DNA of 64,000 nt from assembly GCA_965644265.1 (NCBI GenBank), contig OZ286463.1:95108001-95172000 (forward strand), written 5' to 3'. The notes beneath the pieces were generated by a model. That model was not told the origin of the DNA. It saw nothing but the letters and a program-made list of their open reading frames with translations, and did no database searches. The DNA is from Glycera tridactyla. Its lineage: Eukaryota. Positions 1-11,436 of the stretch are shown piece by piece (positions within the stretch are counted from its first letter, which is position 1; each line of letters begins with the position of its first letter). The translations under genes were made by a program, and so were the position numbers.

Positions 1-44
1 TCCCAAACCAGTTGATGGAAGGTAACATATTCCAGATGTTGCAC
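1..44 (-). CDS. Possible start of the Bak terminal exon (runs off the window)
   Basis: Acceptor-like gatcctccccacag followed by an open phase-0 frame, VQHLEYVTFHQLVW. No transmembrane anchor is visible inside the window. Confidence 0.2.
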   Translation of the reverse strand, partial: MQHLEYVTFHQLVW

Positions 45-409
45 CTGTGGGGAGGATCGCAGGTACCCGTCAAACTGGACAATTCTGCTGGCCCCCTCAC
101 CTCTCACCTCACACTTTCTGACATCACCTGAGATAACGGACTGCTTAATATATGTACCCCAATCAGCTACAAGCTGTTTTCATACATTCCGACATCCATC
201 CGAAGGATAGGCAAAAAGGATGCTATGGTACCATACTCTTCTTTCATTGAAAAGTTGAGTGGATATGAAAATTATCATTGAACAACAAATAATCACTATT
301 ATCTGCCAGAAGTTTATCAATATTTAGAATGTAATTTTCTGTAAAAAAAAGTCATTTGGGAAGAATGGTTCTCCAGTGTGGAGACACTGGTCATAGAGGA
401 CGGAGCAAC

Positions 410-615
410 AAACAGGTGAAAAAGAGAGAAATAATAAAGAGGGGATGAAAGAAAGAAAAGAGAAGGATGGACAAAAAGGGATGGCAGAGGGGAGAAATAT
501 GGAAAGAAGGAATATAGGAAATAAGAAAGCGAAGAAAGGAAGGAAGGATGGAAAGGAGAGAGAAAAGATGGAACAAAGAGAAGGAAAGAGTAAAAGAGGG
601 AGGGAAGAACGAAAT
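410..615 (+). repeat. Purine-rich (GA) low-complexity tract
   Basis: About 200 nt made almost entirely of A/G (gaaagaaagaaaagagaagg...). It accounts for the F/L/S/P-rich and K/E/R-rich ORFs at 317-649. Confidence 0.9.
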
Positions 616-1830
616 ACATGCATAATTGTGTCCTAGCGATCATATTCATGAAGCAAAAACTTCTGATGTATCAACCACCCAAGTGGCATGAACACACTTC
701 ATGCATCCTAGGAAACTGAGTGGCTTGAGCTTTCAGGGTAAACTAGTTGATCGGCTGTCAAGTCACTGACATAAGATGGGATCTCTGTGGGGATCCATAC
801 AGCACAGCAGGGGTGCCATGTCTTATCTGGGGAGCTGCGGTATTACTCAACAAAAGAGCTAATCAGGCTTGAGTTGTAATGAACAGATCCAGTTGGGTAA
901 ATGAGGTGGCAATCGTGGCACTGGTCACTAGGGACCCCGGCAACTTAACACCAGACAGGTCCTGACATGCATACAACAGGGCTGCACAGTGGCATGCATG
1001 CGCACACCAATGTCCAATGGGATTTAGGCGGACTTCATGCAGAAGACAATCAGGGACTACAACAATTAGGCACTCCTGCTGGTCACTACTGGTTCCCCAT
1101 CATCCCACAGGAGGCACCCGTCATGAGAAAGTGAAAGGCAATTCATCAAATATTGAATGCTTGATCAATTGCACAACAATTGGGCAAATATGATGCCTGA
1201 AAGCCACTGACAATAAGACAACCCCATCCAGCTGTTTCTCTGCCACCCAAGGTTATCAAACATGACCCAATCCAATGGCAGCAACAATGATATTAATTCA
1301 TCGACTGGTCTGAAACTCCTTGTTGGCCAATCACGGCAAGGTCAAGGTGAGATCAGAGGTCAAAGATGGCTGCCAAACGTCCATTATCATCTCGTGCATC
1401 TGATTGAAAATGTATCAATCAAACAATGACAAGTTCTGATTCAACACCGCACAAGTTATTCTCCAAGTTACAAAAACTCATTCAAATCATTTGACCACAA
1501 TCTGAGTCCGTCGAATGGTTCATTTGTCACTGATACATTGGTCGTAACAGAATTAGCTGCCTGCTAAGTGGCTGATCCTTTTTTTTGACACCTCAATTTA
1601 TTCAAGCCTTGCTTGCTTTCACCACAGACATGTGCCAGATCTATGGGGTGCCTCATTCAGAACTAATAATATGCAATCCATTCCGAAGAATTCAAAATGA
1701 TCCCCTTCTCGCACAAATATTCACGAAGACTGTCCCAATGAATTAAACAACTTCGTAAGCATTACGGGCTATCTGCTTTTCTTCCAAAATATCTCATTTT
1801 CTGCAGACAAATTGAGAAATCATTACTTAC

Positions 1831-2014
1831 CCAGCCACCTTGATCTGCGATCCATTGAGCAATCTTCTCCACTAAGATGAACCGACAGACGAATCCCACA
1901 ATTTTGGAGTAGAAGCCTGAGATTCCTCGCCGGACCACCGTCACAGCCATTCGATAACCGAAGCATAATAACGTGATGATTCGACCCCAGTTGATATTAC
2001 CCGATCGGCAGATC
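1831..2014 (-). CDS. BAK1: Bak-like protein, BH1+BH2 exon
   Basis: Acceptor tttcttgcag, donor TGG|gtaagt. Translation (K)ICRSGNINWGRIITLLCFGYRMAVTVVRRGISGFYSKIVGFVCRFILVEKIAQWIADQGGW contains NWGR (BH1) and WIAxQGGW (BH2). Phase-compatible with the BH3 exon across a 308-nt intron. Confidence 0.93.
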
Positions 2015-2322
2015 CTGCAAGAAATGAGACAAAATCATGAATATTAACCTAGGTCATGCAAAGGATGTAATCGCTAAAATCTTTCATCACCAACAATTTC
2101 GTCATTCTAATTTTCAGATAATACTTACACACTAAAGTTATTCCTAATTCATCTGAGGATCTGGATCGAAGAATTTCATGCCTCCAAAACAACGTCCCAA
2201 CTACAAGGTCCCAAACAAGTTCTCAAACCGTAGACTAAATGTTGTCCATGAAATATTCAAATACACATCAATCATCCATCAATAACATTCAAGATCATCA
2301 TTTCATGATGAGCAAGACTTAC

Positions 2323-2466
2323 TTTTGTGCCACTCCAGCGAAAGCTTCATAAGCTGTGTCCTCGTTGATGTTTAACATCTTGATGAGCTCGTTGAATCGA
2401 GGTGCATATCGGTCATTGATGTCATCTCCAATCAATGCCAACTGACGTCCAACTTCAATCGTCAAT
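2323..2466 (-). CDS. BAK1: Bak-like pro-apoptotic Bcl-2 family protein, BH3-containing exon
   Basis: Minus strand: acceptor gtttttgtttgcag, donor AA|gtaagt. Translation (x)LTIEVGRQLALIGDDINDRYAPRFNELIKMLNINEDTAYEAFAGVAQ(K) matches the Bak BH3 motif GRQLAxIGDDINxRY. 144 nt, phase 2/2. Confidence 0.93.
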
Positions 2467-2686
2467 CTGCAAACAAAAACAATGCCCATAAATTAGTGAC
2501 AGTAGAGTAATACATCAAGAATGACTTCTGATACAGCAATCTCCAACTTTACCTTGAAAGTAAAAATGAATTTCATCAATACAATGATCATGGTAACCTT
2601 GGTCCAATTTGATTATCCTTCATAAACATAGGTGTGAGCAAAATCACATGGCATAAAATTGATGAGTTAACCAACAATATGCTCAC

Positions 2687-2739
2687 CTGGTGAAAATCAA
2701 TTTGCATTATGGTGAAATAATGTTGGCAATGTGAGAAGT
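2687..2739 (-). other. Candidate 53-nt cassette (poison) exon upstream of the Bak BH3 exon
   Basis: Strong acceptor ctgttctctcctcacag and strong donor CAG|gtgagc. No reading frame through it is both open and phase-compatible with the BH3 exon. Confidence 0.35.
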
Positions 2740-4370
2740 CTGTGAGGAGAGAACAGTGATTAACAACTGGTAATTAATTGTTTCTAGACAGAGGTTGACC
2801 ATCTGCAAGGTATCATGTTCTGTGATTAGTTCAAGCAGAACCGGATCATTTTCCCTGCTTCTTTCAAGGCCCGGTATGCAGCCAACTGTATCATTACCAT
2901 GGCTTTTCACCAGCTTCTGACTGAAGTGGTAACAATACCACTGAGGAAGGGCAGCTGCACCAATCGGCCAATGTTTGTTCTTGGTTATGGGGTCACATGT
3001 ATTTGCCCCTTTTCACACCTAAACATTAAACCCGGAGTATGGCCAATCTAGACCCAACCATAAGGTCATCAACACACTCAACAAGGTTGAACACTTTTTG
3101 GAAATCAAGGAAAACAATCAACTTATGGGATAAAAACTTGAAATCCCCTCGAATGAGCTCTCTGGGATTCTTTCAAAAGTCTGTAATGATACATTATCCT
3201 GATTTGAAAGGGTGAAACTGGAAAACACTGCCCACTGCTCATTTACTTTGAAGTCGGTCATCAATACCAATCATCTGATGGGTGAAGGGTAAAACAATCC
3301 CTCAAAACAGAATCCAAGTGAATGAGGAAAATGTGTGCAGTAAATATTACTGTGTACACAACTGAGGGTATTAATTACAAATGAACAATTAGAAGCTTGT
3401 TGGCTGACCAAAGTAGCATACAGGTGGAGGTGTTAGAACCGGGCAGTGTGGTCAGTATCAGCCAACACTGGGCAGTCATGCAATGTCCATCTGCCAAGCT
3501 GTGAACCCAAGGGTGAGAGTGGAACTGTAACCAATTACACATCACCTGACTGACAGTCATTGTTCCCAACGAGAGCACATAAAAAGTCTGCACCTAAGTG
3601 TTCATCTCTTCAAATTTTGCCAAATCAGAGAATGCGACATCATTCCAAAGTTGGGGTTGGAAGAATTTCTGATTATGCTGAACATCTCATGAAAGGACGG
3701 TGTTAACATTGGCATTCTCTTAAGAAGGTCTATAAGAAATACAGTTGTCACCTACTAAAAAATGAACATCAATAATACCCACAATCTCAAATGTTAGAAA
3801 GTATTTACACCTGATTCAGGGAAGTAGGTCACCAGGTTTTGGTTGAAATCTTCGTCACATATCAGTCATTTATCCAGATTTCTCCATGCACTTTTTCCTA
3901 CACTTTCTTGCAATGATCCAGACCATGGTGGATGATAGAGAATCTCGAGATCATGGAAATAAATTGATGAACTGGCAATGGCTGCCACTATTATTGATGA
4001 CCACTTATCACTAACAACCTTACTCCAGCCAACTTCTCTGATCATTGCCGTCCCTGGTCAGATCTTTCATCTGGCTAGTCACGCTGCCGCCCCACTGGTC
4101 ACCCCTGCCATGATTGTATCCAAGACATGCAAACATAAAACATTGCCATGTCAGTGATTTCACACCTCTCATGAGGATCAAAGCACACAGGTCATCACTG
4201 CTGGCACCACACTGGACGGGCAGCAGCTATTTGTAAATCAAGTTGGCCGCTGATCGAAGACATCTCATTCATTTGTTCAGTAATTAGTGTGATTTTCTTA
4301 GTTGACCATCTGTCTCTAACAACAGCCATCATCCAAACCTACTTGCTCTCCATCCTTAATGCAAACGCAC

Positions 4371-4528
4371 NNNNNNNNNNNNNNNNNNNNNNNNNNNNNN
4401 NNNNNNNNNNNNNNNNNNNNNNNNNNNNNNNNNNNNNNNNNNNNNNNNNNNNNNNNNNNNNNNNNNNNNNNNNNNNNNNNNNNNNNNNNNNNNNNNNNNN
4501 NNNNNNNNNNNNNNNNNNNNNNNNNNNN
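4371..4528. other. Assembly gap (158 N)
   Basis: Run of N flanked by ...gcaaacgcac and ca..., suggesting a collapsed CA-type microsatellite. Confidence 0.98.
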
Positions 4529-5265
4529 CACAGGACATGAAGGCAATGTGTATCCTCAGGCAATTTCACAGTTTTGACATCTCTCCATATTAATCATTGA
4601 CACATACAACCATAGATAACCATCCTCACAAAAACCTTCATCAAATTTTTGAGATTTCTGAGGAGAGCAAACCTCCAAACAAAGACGCATTTTGATGTAT
4701 CATAGTGCCATCTGTTCATGATTTTGAATAGATGTTCAACTGCAGATCATCGAGAGAACTAAAATGATGCTCGACTCTATGGCGGTATTGATCAATTGTT
4801 ATCAAAATACTGAAATTTCCCACATAAAAACCGCCAGTCATCCCATATGCTACCTGGAATCTTGCATCAGCACTGAATGGATACCTAACCCTTTATCACC
4901 CACATTAACCCACACCTATGTTACAATTCAAATTAATCGACCGACTGAGAATTCATGGGTGATGGATAATTGGTGTGAATCCTATCTTTCAATACCCATC
5001 CTAATCAAATTATAACCAAATAAATATGTGGAGAACTTAAGGCAAAATAGTCATAGGCACTTACAGACAATATTGCCAGAGTAATTGAAGTAAATAAAAA
5101 AGTGGGAACACAAACTGACTTCCCCACATGGCAGCATCCCCATGTTACATTGCCAACATCCATACATAATCCACACTGCTCTAACATGGATAAAGACTCA
5201 TCATCTGATAAATATCAAATTGGTTAAATGTTGGCAACAAGTTTTAATGTCACACATATCTAATG

Positions 5266-5290
5266 TATATATATATATATATATATATAT
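5266..5290. repeat. (TA)n microsatellite
   Basis: Direct reading of the sequence. Confidence 0.95.
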
Positions 5291-5655
5291 CTGATATGAA
5301 CAATCAAGTAGAACAAAAAAAATTGTCATGAAGACCGGGATATTCATAATTTGTCACATTATACACTTGTATTTTGCAATTTAGTTTATTAGCTTGTGAG
5401 TGGAGATTATGTATGGGAACGTTATGACAGGACAAGTACTCAGAGGCTTGAAGATGTCATACTTTACCTTAGTGACCAGAAATATGGTATGAACGCTGAG
5501 CATCCCAAACTCCAAATATTGAAATGAGGCCAAAATCAGCATTCATGATTGAAGAATGGCCCAGTTTCATTGGCACAGAGGCTACCTGTTTTGATAGCCT
5601 ACTATATGGTGACATTCAGGGTGGTCTCTCGAAGCAGGTTCCACTGTATCAAATA

Positions 5656-5832
5656 CAGTCAAACCTGTCTATAAAGACCGCCTTCGGTCGCATAAAAAAG
5701 CGGTCTTTATGGGCAGGTGGTCTTTATAGAGAGGTCATTTACTGTTGAAAATATTACCACGGTCGCAGCTCAGCTGGTCTTTATAGAGAGGTGGTCTTCA
5801 TAGAGAGGTGGTCTTTAGAGCAGGTTTGACTG
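5656..5832. mobile_element. Tc1/mariner (pogo/Tigger-like) MITE, AAGACC subfamily, complete
   Basis: ta|CAGTCAAACCTGTCT ... GAGCAGGTTTGACTG|ta, 177 bp, TA duplication, internal repeats of GTGGTCTTTATAGAGAG. Half of a related element ends immediately upstream near 5646. Confidence 0.9.
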
Positions 5833-6123
5833 TACAGTATAGAGAAGCCAGTCTGCGGAGTTCATATTTGGAAGCATGCTCATCAAAATCCCCACATGGC
5901 TTGCACATTTCAGTTTGTACTAGTTGCTATGGTTGCATTATAAATATGGAGCTGACATCATCCTCAGTTCATGTCCCACCTCCTCCACGTCAGCCTTCCC
6001 AATGTTAGGTTACCACCGACTACACAATAGTCAGTCACGACTAACACTGAAAAAAACATGTGGTGAAAAAAACATGCAGGTCTTTCGCAGTAATACACAA
6101 CTTAAGAGTCCCTCCCTCCTCCC

Positions 6124-6124
<1 letters not shown>

Positions 6125-6166
<42 letters not shown>
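6125..6166. repeat. (AC)n microsatellite
   Basis: About 21 AC units, read directly. Confidence 0.97.
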
Positions 6167-6168
<2 letters not shown>

Positions 6169-9100
6169 CTATTTCTATGCAGCCGTATGTACTTCTAGAA
6201 GCATATACCATACACTACTGGATTCTTAAAAGACAGGGCACAGATAAATATCCCTCATATACAAGAACAAAAGTCTTCCAATCATGTTTTGATAAACATC
6301 AGTGATAAATTGGGAATGACAAATCATCCCCCAAATAAAATTTTACACTGAACACAAAGGCCTATTCGCCAGCATCCTGAATTCAGTTTAAAAGATGATT
6401 CAAGCGTATTTCCCCCTCATGCAACGCAATAATGCCCCCAGGATGAGGGAAAGGGGGGTTATTTCATGTACATCACCTGTTGATTGAATATTTGCTACAA
6501 GGATGCAGGCACTAAATGGACTTGATCATTAGCAGATGGGGATGACATATACAGTGCTTGAATATGTCAATACTTATTCTGAATTTTTGAATAATTACAT
6601 ATCCCAAAATACAGAACAAGCATGTGAAACTAAACATGTTACTGATCTGTGCCTGTCACCCTTCACTATTTTAGTGTTGCAATCAGCATTTTGTTGTCTG
6701 AATCAACGGTTGGATTATTACTGAAGCCACATTCAGGGAATGAACGTGGATAATTTTGACGTCAATATTCAGCTATTATAGTCAGTTCCCAAAGAATCAA
6801 TATAGTGTATCCAATTCACCTAGAACAACCAAGATCTATACCAATGATCCTGAATCAATCAGCATTTAGAGGTCAAAGTAACATGCCATGCAATAAAACT
6901 GTAGCGTCTCAGATTTTGTGAGAGAAAGCCCACCTTTAGCTCATTACATAAGTGTATATGTTAAACAAGTATAAAAAAAGAATTCTTCTCTTCTTCTCTT
7001 AACATTCAAAGAGTGAGCACAGGAAATACCCATCGAGGGGAACATGCAGCAAAAAAATGAGGACAACCTCTCATCATGTCTTCCCGAGCACAATTGCTTC
7101 CAAATTTTTATGTTTTGAATCTTGGTTTTTGCTTCATCCTTACGTAAGCAAACCCTGATGTAATGGTAATGACTCAGCACCAATACACAGCAGTTTCCTA
7201 CGGCAGCAGCCGTAGCAGAAGCACACGTGTAGATGATAATTTGTGGTTTACAAAGTGCTTGTGTGGTCTGTGGCAACTTCCTGCGGCACGGCTGCCAAGA
7301 CTGGTGCATTTATAACCCGGGCACCGTGTCACAAAGTGCAGGCATGGGCCAGGCACATGTGTACAAACATGTGTCAACTGGTGTTACCCACCCAATAAAT
7401 AAATGACTCACAAATTACAGCAACAAAAGACACTGCCAAAAGTCAAATAAAAAACACATGAATTATCAGATATATTATGGTTCAGATAATAATCACCATG
7501 GAGCAGGAAAATGGACAGCACATGCATTGAATACACATATGGCCCATCTTTCTTGTTATCTGATTGGCAAATCTCTTGACATTTTGTGTAATTTTTTGTT
7601 ACAAAATGAGTAATAAATGCATATCTTTTTTCTTAGAAAGAGAACCAAGGTACCGCCAATATTACCATATATATTGCAACCATAAAGTGATCCTTTGTTT
7701 ATATTTCATTGGATTTATTCATCTATCATTGAATATATAGATGAATAAACTTAATCTAAAGCCATAAAAGTAACATTTATGTGTTCTAAACAGAGATCCT
7801 GGAATTTCTACAGTACGAGGGTCCCTAGAGACCACTCCTTTTCCGTGGATGTGGACTGGCATATTCAAGTAATCTTTTCTAATTTTTCATTGTTATTCTA
7901 GGGGTGTTGTGCTCCCCTAGGACCCCACCGGAAGGATATGGTTAAGATTCAATTGAAGGATGTCCTTCCTAAAATATATTAATGCTGGTGAAGTGGTGGG
8001 GACTCATATGAGCCAGAGATCCCTCCACTAATCGGTTCCATATTTATGGTGTGAAGAGCATAAAGACTGTGTTCAACAGGCATGATTTGATATAAATATG
8101 GCCAACCATGGCAATAAAATCGGTGATGTGGAGTTCAATTTAGTAAAATTATGCATAGGTGAAGGCGGGATGTGCAATAAGTAGACATAAATCAATCTGG
8201 CGCTGATTGCGCCATTCTGGTCGAAAACGAGAACTGAGCACGCGTGTGCTATCACCGTATTGTATCAGCTTCTTTAATTATTCATGCTCTGTCTCCAGTC
8301 ATGCTAGCACCAGGCAGTGGTGAGTCATCGCTTGATGACGCCAAACAGTTCCACATCTCACCACTAGATGGCAGCACCATCGCTCACAATCTGCTCCATC
8401 CAGGACCTGGCTCAGAGTTGAGTCAACCACTAGTTCATAGTAAGAGATAACCACAAGGCCAACAAAGCTCTTCAACACTCACCCACAGACCCAACAATAT
8501 TCCTCCAAACCATTTATTTGTACCAAGCCTTTTTTTGGATGATACAGCCTTCAATAAGTTTTGTAGACTCTGCTCCAAATGGTTGAATGACTACCTATCT
8601 ACTACTAATAAAATGAATTCCAAATATTAGCCTTCCACTGAAAAAGTTCAATGGCAAATGGTTTCCATAAGAATCTAGTACTAGAAGATTATGGTGAGTA
8701 TATGAACAGAAATCTCAGCCCTAAATCAGCCAAAATAAATATGTCACCAAAATCTGCTTATCCCTATGCAAAATAAATTACAATCAATGACGAACTTCAC
8801 CTCTAATTCTCTCTGCTTAGGTGTCATTTCAGTTTTGATGTCTTTTCTCCATAATCGCCATGAGGTGAATGATGTAAACTTAGTAAGAAGCCAATATGAG
8901 GTCAACACATGTTACAGGATTAGCTGATGACAACATTGGATCCTGGTAATGAAGCCTACCCAGGGTGAATACTTGTGTCAACAAAGACCACAATAGGGTA
9001 CCACTTCACAACACATGTATGATTCAACAGCTTAGTGTAAGGCTATCTCTTGTAAATTTCCCTTCCAAACATACCCCTTGATCACAGTGGAATTTCCCAA

Positions 9101-11260
9101 GTCTATACCCCATTTTGAGTTATCACATCAGCCCATTGAGCCCAATGTATGACCTCATTATAGAAATTCCCTTTTTCTTGGAAAAGGACAAAATATTAGG
9201 AGCAGATACGATGGAGGAGGCAAGGATTTATTTATCTTTTTTTAAGGGGGGGGGGGGGGGTGTCTCAGAAAAGTGATCAAACATAGAAAAATCTAATCTC
9301 ATTTTATGAGTTTACAAGATCACACATCTTATCAAACACATATGATATCATAGTTGTCTAATCATCTGATGAATATTCAAACAAGATAAAGTTGGGTCAT
9401 TGCTTAAGTAAATCATTTACCCTGACATGATAGGAGTTATCTGACCCAATGTCATAATGACAGCACAGCGCCCCTGATATCATGAAGGATATGAACTCAT
9501 CACTCATCATTATTGACCAAGCAAACAGGACATATGGTAGTTTTTTTTTGTTCAATAAGAAGAACAAAGCAGGTAACAAAAGATAAAGCTTGCTGGGCAT
9601 AATAAGTAGTGTCTATCATGAACAAACAGCTGGAATGATTGTTTTGTAATGATGCTGCAGAACTCCTGCGGAGGGCCTGGTGCACGCAGGAACCCACTCT
9701 TGACCACTTGGTGGCCTATCCTGCGGGCAATCTGCCATCAAGAATGGTTACAAGTGTCTCTATGTACATTCGCTCAACTAGAAGGGGGTATTTATCCACA
9801 CAATACCAAATGTAATTCACCAACTTAATGAGACAATACGACTCCGTTTTCCACTCCACGGGATGCAAGTCCCTAACTGGGATGGTCTCGTGTTTGCCCT
9901 TGGGCAAGGTGCATTATGGGACCAAAGTGATCGTCTAATTGTGACTTTTGGAAGCCAGTGGACGTTGGTCAGTGCTGGTTTGGTCAAAAGGCATGAAGGA
10001 TCCCTGAGGGTCATCGGATACGGCGGCAACGACACCGGGTACGGTGGAGATGACACCGGGATGCTGGCGGGATGTGGCGAATGCCACGGGATGGACACGA
10101 GATGACCACTCCCCACAGGTGAAGGGCTATCAACGACTATCATCAACAATACCCCAATACTGGATCCCAACATTGACGTGGAACCTGAATGACCCTTGTA
10201 CCGCCCCTTAACCACACCCAGCAACCCCTACTCCATTCTCAAGGATCATCCAAGCATCTCTAACCCCTGCTGACTGTCACCCTCTAGAATTACAAACCCC
10301 TGCTGCGATTCCTCCCAGTGTGCTATATGGCTTCACCGACTTGTCAAATTTCATAATTATCTCTAAATGCATGCTACTCATTTTCCATTCACCAATTATT
10401 ATTTCTTGCATAAGCAGAACCCAGAATAGGTACACAGAAGACCTAATTCAACTATCAGAAATACTTGCTAGGATTAAAGGTGAAACCAAATGGAATCAAA
10501 AATCAAATCCACTAAAAGGAATACATGTGTAGTTTTTTGTTGAGTCAGGGATTGTACCTTGGGAGTATTTTCAATTTTTTAACTTGCCTTCCTGGTTAAG
10601 TAAGTGTAGCATTTTGACAGATAGATATGCCATCAGGTTTGCAGTGAATTAATTGAGTGTGAGAGAATCATACGAGTGACTGATGTTGTCACACTTCCTC
10701 CCCATCACACCTGCCTCTCATCTTGTTTCCAGGAGAGGACAGACAGTACATCACATCATCAAGTCAATAATCATCATCAGGAACCTAGTAACCACTGCAT
10801 TCATGGGAGAGAGCAGGTGATGAGTGACTAGTACAACTAATTAACACTCATCATTGTTCATCATCATCATTACCATCTTACACTAATGTCCTCCCTAATT
10901 TACCTCCTGCACAGAACCCAACTCTAACTACCTGGCCTCCTTGACAACCATCAACAAGATGGACACAATTACCAGCTGATGTTTCCTCAAGATGGCAATA
11001 TGATAGCTCCCAGGTGGCATGCACAACAAAACATATGTCACACGTCTCGGATCAACCCTTTTCATGGAAGGATGAGGCGAAAAAGGCATTTCACCAGTAA
11101 AAATACACTATGAATTGGTTTCTTTAGTGCTTTGAGACGCCGCAGAAACTTTCATTCCACCATCTGCAATGACATTGACATTTCAAACAAATGCCTAAAA
11201 TATGCTGTAGTTCATGTTAAAATTATGATGCCTGACTTTATTATCCTTGCCAAATTGTTA

Positions 11261-11436
11261 CAGTTGAACCTGCTCTAATGACCACCTCTGTACAAAGGCA
11301 GCCATCCTACATTAGGGTCCTGGAGTGATGACCAGGATACCATTTTATACAAAGTTACTTCTCTACAAAGACCATCCATCTATGAAGGCAACTTTCTCAC
11401 AAAACCAAAGGTGATCTTTGTAGACAAGTTTGACTT
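11261..11436. mobile_element. Tc1/pogo-type MITE, diverged copy
   Basis: ta|CAGTTGAACCTG ... CAAGTTTGACT, with internal GACCAC/AAAGACC motifs. Confidence 0.75.

Noticed and set aside
317-649. ORFs of 61-110 aa on both strands
   Set aside because: They are translations of the GA-rich low-complexity tract, with no splice or homology support.
2707-2910. ORF containing ENDPVLLEL, vaguely like the Bak alpha1-alpha2 loop
   Set aside because: No donor in the phase 2 required to join the BH3 exon, and no alpha1 motif.
4023-4130. Minus-strand frame GRGDQWGG...RSWL ending at a phase-2 donor (GA|gtaagg)
   Set aside because: Phase fits Bak, but the peptide has no Bak-like features and no good acceptor or start was found.
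4289-4577. Five ORFs of 60-83 aa
   Set aside because: Artefacts of reading through the N gap.
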